In this document: in pieces, positions 58,668 through 64,000 of the stretch | How positions within the stretch are numbered: the first letter of the stretch is position 1 | How the letters are laid out: each line of letters begins with the position of its first letter | Origin: Candidatus Terraquivivens yellowstonensis | GTDB lineage: Archaea > Thermoproteota > Nitrososphaeria_A > Caldarchaeales > Wolframiiraptoraceae | Reading direction: 5' to 3' | DNA length: 64,000 nt | NCBI GenBank assembly: GCA_023539445.1 | Contig: JAKCEW010000004.1 | Span: 16,741 to 80,740 of the forward strand | Program-made: the position numbers and the translations under genes | The notes under the pieces: generated by a model | Databases searched by the model: none | Told to the model about the DNA's origin: nothing | Seen by the model: the letters and a program-made list of their open reading frames with translations, nothing else

Positions 58668-58795
58668 AACGATACGACGTTAGTACTAGGGGTGAGGCGT
58701 ACTACTTCAATCAGTTTAGCACCGCGGAAAAAATTTTTCCACAGATGCTGAACTAATTCGGAAATCTAAAATCCTACTTTACCCAGCATATTGGC

Positions 58796-59653
58796 GTGGA
58801 GTACAGGGAGCTTGGTAGGACAGGCTGGAAAGTCCCGGTCTTAGGCCAGGGCACTTGGGGGATAGGAGGATTTCACAGTAGAGACGACAGCAGGGATTCT
58901 GAAGCCATAGCAGCCCTTAGGCTTGGAATAGAGTTGGGCATGACGTTGATCGATACGGCTGAGGCATACGGGGCAGGACATTCTGAGGAGGTTGTGGGCA
59001 AGGCCATAGCAGGTTTGAAGGCCGAGGTCTTCGTGGCGACCAAAGTATCCCCAGAGCACCTATCATACGAGTCCGTGATAAAGTCAGCAAAGGCCAGCTT
59101 GAGTAGGCTCAACATTAAGACCATAGACCTATACCAAGTTCACTGGCCAAACCCGAGAATACCCATCAAGGAGACCATGAGGGCTATGGAAAGGCTTGTC
59201 AAGGACGGTCTTGTTAGGTTCATAGGTGTCAGCAATTTTTCAGTAAGCGAGATGGAGGAGGCCATGGCATCGCTCGCTAGAGAGGAAATCGTATCGAATC
59301 AGGTCGAGTACAGCTTACTGGAAAGGAGCATAGAGCACGACCTGCTACCTTTTTGCGAAAGAGAAAAGATAACCGTGATCGCATACAGCCCACTCGCACG
59401 TGGCAAGCTCTCAGAGCCTAAGAAGTATTTAGAGAAACATAAGGCAGATGTTCTGCAAACTTTAGCGGACAAGTACGGAAAGACGCCGTCGCAAATAGCC
59501 CTAAATTGGGTCGTAAGAAGACCGAGCGTGATTGCAATACCAAAGGCTGTGAAACTCGAGCATGTTAAAGAAAATGCGGGATCTGTAGGTTGGTCAATGG
59601 ATTCAGATGACTACGATGTACTAAGTAGGGCATTTTCTCGCAGTTATTGGTGA
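58796..59653 (+). CDS. Aldo/keto reductase family oxidoreductase
   Basis: 285 aa; MEYRELGRTGWKVPVLGQGTWGIGG, IDTAEAYG, YQVHWPN AKR motifs. Confidence 0.8.
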   Translation: MEYRELGRTGWKVPVLGQGTWGIGGFHSRDDSRDSEAIAALRLGIELGMTLIDTAEAYGAGHSEEVVGKAIAGLKAEVFVATKVSPEHLSYESVIKSAKASLSRLNIKTIDLYQVHWPNPRIPIKETMRAMERLVKDGLVRFIGVSNFSVSEMEEAMASLAREEIVSNQVEYSLLERSIEHDLLPFCEREKITVIAYSPLARGKLSEPKKYLEKHKADVLQTLADKYGKTPSQIALNWVVRRPSVIAIPKAVKLEHVKENAGSVGWSMDSDDYDVLSRAFSRSYW

Positions 59654-59655
59654 GA

Positions 59656-60291
59656 TTACTGCTTCGGCTCGGTCGAAGTTTCCTCTAAATGTTTGTAACC
59701 TTCTGGCAAGTCGGGGAATGTACTCTTCATGCGCTGGGCTGCTATCTCGGCAGCTTCTTCGAGTATCCTTTGTGCCTCGCTGTCGCTCACCATCACTTGG
59801 ACGGAAGCACCTGTTACGCTTCCAGCCTCGACGATTATACTCTCGAGCATATCGTCGACTTGCCTTAAGTTGTAGGCAACCTCCGGGACTAGACCAGAAA
59901 TCTCCGACTGAACCTGTCTTATTATGCTCGTTGCTGGACCTAGGACGTTCATGACGTCTCCGAATTCCTTCACAGTCTCGAGCCTTAGGATTACCTTCTC
60001 TAAGGAAAGCTGACTCTTCAGTATTGTACGGGAGATCTTCCTAAGCTGGGCTATCTCGTTGGCATATATCGTCGCCCTGCCCTTGTCCCTCTCCTGCTCG
60101 GCCCTGACACACATCTCGAACAGTTCTTTGCCCCTTGCCGCAAGCCTTTGGGACGTTCTATTCAGCTTCTCCGCTTGGATCTTAAGTTGCGTGATAACAT
60201 CCATGAGCCTATCCCTAGCAAAGCCCATACTGGTTACGCCTAATACCCTTACCTCTTCATCCCTTTTTCTCGTTATTCCTGGAATTTTCAT
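59656..60291 (-). CDS. ESCRT-III (Snf7/CdvB)-like coiled-coil protein (PspA-like alternative not excluded)
   Basis: 211 aa, all-helical, basic N-terminal half and acidic C-terminal half; Snf7-like core (...TVKEFGDVMNVLGPATSIIRQVQSEI...VDDMLESI). Confidence 0.5.
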   Translation of the reverse strand: MKIPGITRKRDEEVRVLGVTSMGFARDRLMDVITQLKIQAEKLNRTSQRLAARGKELFEMCVRAEQERDKGRATIYANEIAQLRKISRTILKSQLSLEKVILRLETVKEFGDVMNVLGPATSIIRQVQSEISGLVPEVAYNLRQVDDMLESIIVEAGSVTGASVQVMVSDSEAQRILEEAAEIAAQRMKSTFPDLPEGYKHLEETSTEPKQ

Positions 60292-60473
60292 TCACTATCT
60301 ACCTTCGAGAGTCAACCCCTTCAGCGAAGTATTTAGCTCTTCTCAGAATCTCGATGAAGGATATCACAGCAAGAGTATCCGTTTATCAAATTTCATAATA
60401 TCTTGTCCGTGCATTCCACCATTTTGCGTAACGTAAATATAACTCTTGTTACTAACAGGTTAGGCGAGAAGAC

Positions 60474-60662
60474 ATGAGCACCCTCAAATCCTACTTGGTT
60501 AAGATATGGACAAAAATTCTTGGAGTTGTTGTGCTTGCTTTTGGCATACTCTTCCTCTACTGGCTTACGACACCTTCTTTCGTCTTTTCGATTGCAAGCG
60601 GGCTAATCGCATTTATGGTGATATTGCTGATACTTGCAGGTATTATCCTGCTCTTGTTTTAA
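60474..60662 (+). CDS. Small two-TM membrane protein, unknown function
   Basis: 62 aa, two hydrophobic helices; overlaps the ribL 3' end by 20 nt; could be spurious. Confidence 0.25.
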   Translation: MSTLKSYLVKIWTKILGVVVLAFGILFLYWLTTPSFVFSIASGLIAFMVILLILAGIILLLF

Positions 60663-61110
60663 GTGCTTGAATCTTCTTTATTACATCCGAGCTACTATTA
60701 AGGCCTCCAAGGTTGTATTTCTTCAAAACCTTGACCCTAATTTTCCACTTCTTTCTTCGGCATAACTCCTTGAATCTCTTCATGAGCCATTCTTGGTCAT
60801 AACCAAAGACTACGATGTCCGGCCTATACTTTTTTATCACTTTTTCGAAAGAGAATGGTCTGTATCCTAAGACCGCTTTGTCAACGGGCTTCAGGGCTTG
60901 GACCATAGTGAGTCTAGCCTTCTCACCGAAGACCGCATCCCTTCCCTTATTTTCTTTGACAGTCCTATCCCTAGCAACGATCACTATGAGTCTTGAATTT
61001 TTACCGCCTAACCGCTTAGCTTCTTCCAAGAACTTTATGTGGCCTGGATGTAGTATATCAAAGGCGCCAGAAGCTAAGACTGTTCTCTTCTGCGCAACGC
61101 CGACCCTCAA
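60643..61110 (-). CDS. ribL: FAD synthase RibL-type cytidylyltransferase-fold nucleotidyltransferase
   Basis: 155 aa; GAFDILHPGH (HxGH) and LIVIVARDRTVKENKG...ALKPVDKAVLG match the archaeal RibL pattern as remembered. Confidence 0.7.
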   Translation of the reverse strand: MRVGVAQKRTVLASGAFDILHPGHIKFLEEAKRLGGKNSRLIVIVARDRTVKENKGRDAVFGEKARLTMVQALKPVDKAVLGYRPFSFEKVIKKYRPDIVVFGYDQEWLMKRFKELCRRKKWKIRVKVLKKYNLGGLNSSSDVIKKIQALKTRAG

Positions 61111-61160
61111 CGAGATCGCCCGTTATTTTGTAAAGGAGGCATGGCATTCTTTTTAACATT

Positions 61161-61538
61161 TTATTTTCTTAAATACTGGTCGGCATCTTTTTTCCAATCT
61201 TCTCTCGGAGGGCTGAAGATGTCAATAACGACCGAGTCCTCTAACGCTAAAGCAGCGTGCTCAACTTCGGGTGGAAAATGTATCACCATGCCTTGTGACA
61301 CCACATGCTCATTTCCATCAGTCAGAACGAACCTAACAGCACCCGAAAGGACGCAGCTAATCTGTTCATTAACGTGCTTGTGCGAGTCGACTTTTGCCCC
61401 TTTCTTGAGGGAGAACATAGCGACTGTTATGTTCTCTCCATGTATTACCTTCCTGCTTATGTCTGGTTTTAGTTTATCCTCTGGGATGTCTGCCCATTTA
61501 TAACATGATACACTCCTTTTACTCATGGACGATGCCAT
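61161..61538 (-). CDS. Cupin-domain protein
   Basis: 125 aa; cupin His/Glu motifs (GAKVDSHKHVNEQISCVLSG; IHFPPEVEHAA). Confidence 0.6.
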   Translation of the reverse strand: MASSMSKRSVSCYKWADIPEDKLKPDISRKVIHGENITVAMFSLKKGAKVDSHKHVNEQISCVLSGAVRFVLTDGNEHVVSQGMVIHFPPEVEHAALALEDSVVIDIFSPPREDWKKDADQYLRK

Positions 61539-61634
61539 AGATCTTCCATGTATTTATTTCTTGTTCAAGCCTAATGTGCATAAACGTAATAAAGTAAAGG
61601 TTTCATGCCTTCATCTCGATAGGGTAGAGGGCGC

Positions 61635-63422
61635 GTGCACAAGGGCGAGGCCCAAACATACATCGTCGTGGCGGAGAAGCCAAGCGTCGCGAGGAGCATA
61701 GCAAAGTTGCTGAAGAGCAAAGGCGTGGATGCTTACGTCACTTCTGTCAGAGGGCATGTGTTGAACGCAGACTTCCCCGAAGGGTATGAGTGGAACAGCA
61801 TAGATCCGTCCAAGCTCTTTTCGGTTAGAGAATTCAGAAGCATCATCTCCGATGAGAGATCATATAAAGAGCTTGAGGGGGTTTTCAAAAAGGACGGGGC
61901 ACTCATCATAGCGACGGATAACGACTCGGAAGGCGAGCTGATAGGCTATGAGATACTCTCAATATACAGGGCCATTAAGGGCAACCAAGCGCCATACAAG
62001 AGGATGAGGTTCAACTCGACAAATCCGGGCGAGCTTTGGAGGGCATGGAACAACCTTGAAGATTCCTTAAACATGAACTGGGTCATGAAGGCCATGCTCA
62101 GGCAACATTTCGACCTCGTGACTGGCGCGGCCTTTACGAGACTACTTACAAAAGAGACGAGAAAGCACAAAAACGTCAGGCTCATATCATGGGGCTCCTG
62201 TCAATCACCAACTCTGGGCTTCATCGTTAAGCGGGAGAAAGAGATAATGTCATTTAAGCCGGAGCCGTTCTGGTACATCCGGGTAAGGTTCAGGACAGAA
62301 GATGGCGAAGAATTTGAGGCTAAAAGCGAAAACATGAAAGACCTTGAAAGGGCCAAGGCTCTTTGGAAAAGTGTTGAAGGACAAAAGACTGGACGTGTAC
62401 TATCCTATGACGAGGGGAAAAAGACGATTCGCAGACCTCTGCCCCTCGATACAGACACTCTCCTCAAGGACCTGACAAGGATAACCGGCGTCTCAGCGGC
62501 CACATTACTCTCAGTTGCAGAGGAGCTTTATGCCGAAGGTTATTGCTCGTATCCAAGAACCGAGACGAATAGATTCAGGTACGACTTTGACTTCAGAGAG
62601 CCAATCGAGGCTCTGGTAAATTCCGATCTATCCAAACTACTTGGAGATCTGAACAAGGTGAGAATTGAGCCGCTCAACGGAAGAAAGGACGACGGTGCCC
62701 ATCCTCCGATATATCCTATAAAGCCGTACCCTAAAGATGGTTCGCTTAAGCGGAATGTCTGGGAATACATAGCCAGAAGATTCGCCGCGAACGTGCTGTT
62801 CTCTGATGCAGAATTGGGTGAGAGCGAGACGGAGATAAGAGTAGGTGATGTTGTCGTAAGGGCGTCAGGTTCTGTCATTACCCAAGAGGGATTCTTCAAG
62901 ATGTTCGAATACTTCATACCCAAGGAAACCCCCATACCCAAGCTATCACCTGGAGACGTACTTGAGGTGGTTAAGTCGGAGCTGAAGGAAGAAAAGACCA
63001 GACCCCCACCAAGACTCACGGAGGCGGCTCTGCTGGAACTCATGGAAAAGAACGGTATAGGAACGGATGCCACACGTGCCGAGTATCCCAAGATAGTGGT
63101 GGAGAGGGGATATGCCGTAAAAAGGGGCAGGAGCTTCTACCCGACGGAGCTGGGCATGAGGCTCGTCGATGCTTTATCTGGTGTAGACGAGAGGCTAGTT
63201 ACTCCCGATACGAGGAAATTCGTGGAGGATTTCATGGAGATGGTAAACAGAGGCACTAAGACCTATGATGAATGTCTCGAGCAAGCCCTGAGAGTCTATG
63301 AGGAGTTGTACAAAGCATGTGAGGCGAACATAAAGCGCATATCCGAGGCGTTAGCCGGAGCGATTAGTCCGACAAAATATAAGAGATCGGCGAACTACGA
63401 CTTCCAATCAAACTCGACGTAA
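61635..63422 (+). CDS. topA: DNA topoisomerase III (type IA)
   Basis: 595 aa from GTG; Toprim (IVVAEKPSVARSIA; DNDSEGELIGYEI), catalytic Tyr region (AEELYAEGYCSYPRTETN). Confidence 0.8.
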   Translation: MHKGEAQTYIVVAEKPSVARSIAKLLKSKGVDAYVTSVRGHVLNADFPEGYEWNSIDPSKLFSVREFRSIISDERSYKELEGVFKKDGALIIATDNDSEGELIGYEILSIYRAIKGNQAPYKRMRFNSTNPGELWRAWNNLEDSLNMNWVMKAMLRQHFDLVTGAAFTRLLTKETRKHKNVRLISWGSCQSPTLGFIVKREKEIMSFKPEPFWYIRVRFRTEDGEEFEAKSENMKDLERAKALWKSVEGQKTGRVLSYDEGKKTIRRPLPLDTDTLLKDLTRITGVSAATLLSVAEELYAEGYCSYPRTETNRFRYDFDFREPIEALVNSDLSKLLGDLNKVRIEPLNGRKDDGAHPPIYPIKPYPKDGSLKRNVWEYIARRFAANVLFSDAELGESETEIRVGDVVVRASGSVITQEGFFKMFEYFIPKETPIPKLSPGDVLEVVKSELKEEKTRPPPRLTEAALLELMEKNGIGTDATRAEYPKIVVERGYAVKRGRSFYPTELGMRLVDALSGVDERLVTPDTRKFVEDFMEMVNRGTKTYDECLEQALRVYEELYKACEANIKRISEALAGAISPTKYKRSANYDFQSNST

Positions 63423-64000
63423 CCCATCATCCTCAGAGCATCCAGTAGCCCTTCACAGTACGAAATCGCGGATAATGAGTCGAAAAGGTCTCCTGACTTC
63501 AAGAAAAATTTTGAGTCGTCTAGGTAGCTTTTAGCAACGTTCAGCACATCGTTAACTTTTGTATCTCCAGCTGAGGTACCCAACTTGGATAAAACCCTCT
63601 CGCATGCATCTATGTAGCGCTTGACTCTATCCACTTCGTAGTTTATTGGTTCGTAAGCCTCCACGCATTCTCGGGGAGCGCCAAGAAGCCTCACGAGCGC
63701 CTCACGTTCCAAAAAGTGCAGCTTGCCGGGAAATATCAACATATGCGGAGGTTTTGGAAAATCCATCTTAGCGAGGTCCGCAATCCTTCCAGCCTTTATG
63801 AGTTCATCATCGTATCCTAGCCTTGCAAGGGCTATGACGAGCCTATCGTCCGAAGCTACACCCTTCCCCAACAAGCCTTCCAATTCCTTCAAACGGCTGA
63901 GAGCGACAGGTATAGTTAATCCACCATTCTTGGTATCGAGAAAGACGAGCGTGTGCAAACCTCTGGACATGTTCTCCACGATACATTCGTAGACGGACTT
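63395..64000 (-). CDS. dph5: Diphthine synthase (Dph5), partial - N-terminus lies beyond the window end; carries a ~90-aa C-terminal extension
   Basis: RGLHTLVFLD, DDRLVIALARLGY, PPHMLIFPGKLHFLEREALVRLLGAPRE match the Dph5 C-terminal half; the ORF then continues ~90 aa and overlaps the topoisomerase 3' end by 28 nt. Confidence 0.7.
   Translation of the reverse strand, partial: KSVYECIVENMSRGLHTLVFLDTKNGGLTIPVALSRLKELEGLLGKGVASDDRLVIALARLGYDDELIKAGRIADLAKMDFPKPPHMLIFPGKLHFLEREALVRLLGAPRECVEAYEPINYEVDRVKRYIDACERVLSKLGTSAGDTKVNDVLNVAKSYLDDSKFFLKSGDLFDSLSAISYCEGLLDALRMMGYVEFDWKS

Overview
This window reads as a densely coding archaeal chromosomal segment, moderately AT-rich, with many TTG/GTG start codons. 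Several markers point to a TACK/crenarchaeal-type archaeon: a short-form XPF/ERCC4 nuclease without a helicase domain, an ESCRT-III (CdvB/Snf7)-like protein, Rpo4/F, ribosomal proteins L10e/L21e/L37e, an Sm-L37e-tRNA cluster, an intron-containing tRNA, aCPSF1, Pus10, GHMP-type shikimate kinase and DUF655. No species is claimed.

Most of the content is housekeeping:
- partial thiD; endonuclease IV; an ETF alpha/beta pair with a membrane-bound HdrD-like Fe-S oxidoreductase; CDC48; RtcB.
- aspartokinase plus aspartate-semialdehyde dehydrogenase.
- a complete archaeal-variant shikimate operon (ADH synthase aroA', DHQ synthase II aroB', aroD, aroE, GHMP aroK, aroA).
- heme O synthase, PEP synthase, SRP54, proteasome beta, HflX, NAC-alpha, OTC, the SecE-Spt5-L11-L1-L10(P0) cluster, topoisomerase III, partial diphthine synthase.
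- two tRNAs: tRNA-Leu(CAA) on the minus strand and intron-containing tRNA-Ala(GGC).
- No CRISPR array, transposase or integrase was seen.

The main candidate for a novel system is a block at about 31.9-36.9 kb. It holds two tandem, 4-nt-overlapping paralogous Pol-beta-superfamily nucleotidyltransferases, each with its own N-terminal domain. Next to them, convergently arranged, is a 570-aa fusion of a nucleotidyltransferase with a eukaryotic-type protein-kinase-like domain. That fusion is divergently abutted, 12 bp apart, to a TldD/PmbA-family peptidase, and is followed by a COG1839-like protein and a DUF763 protein.

Other points worth a second look:
- a roughly 208-nt GC-rich, highly structured RNA candidate (41440-41647), closed by a perfect 8-bp terminal helix;
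- a wHTH-ATP-cone-NrdD-like fusion protein lacking the usual zinc ribbon and glycyl-radical context;
- an in-frame TGA separating aroD and aroE, with the conserved AroE N-terminus encoded upstream of any start codon;
- diphthine synthase with a roughly 90-aa C-terminal extension;
- L10(P0) not followed by L12.
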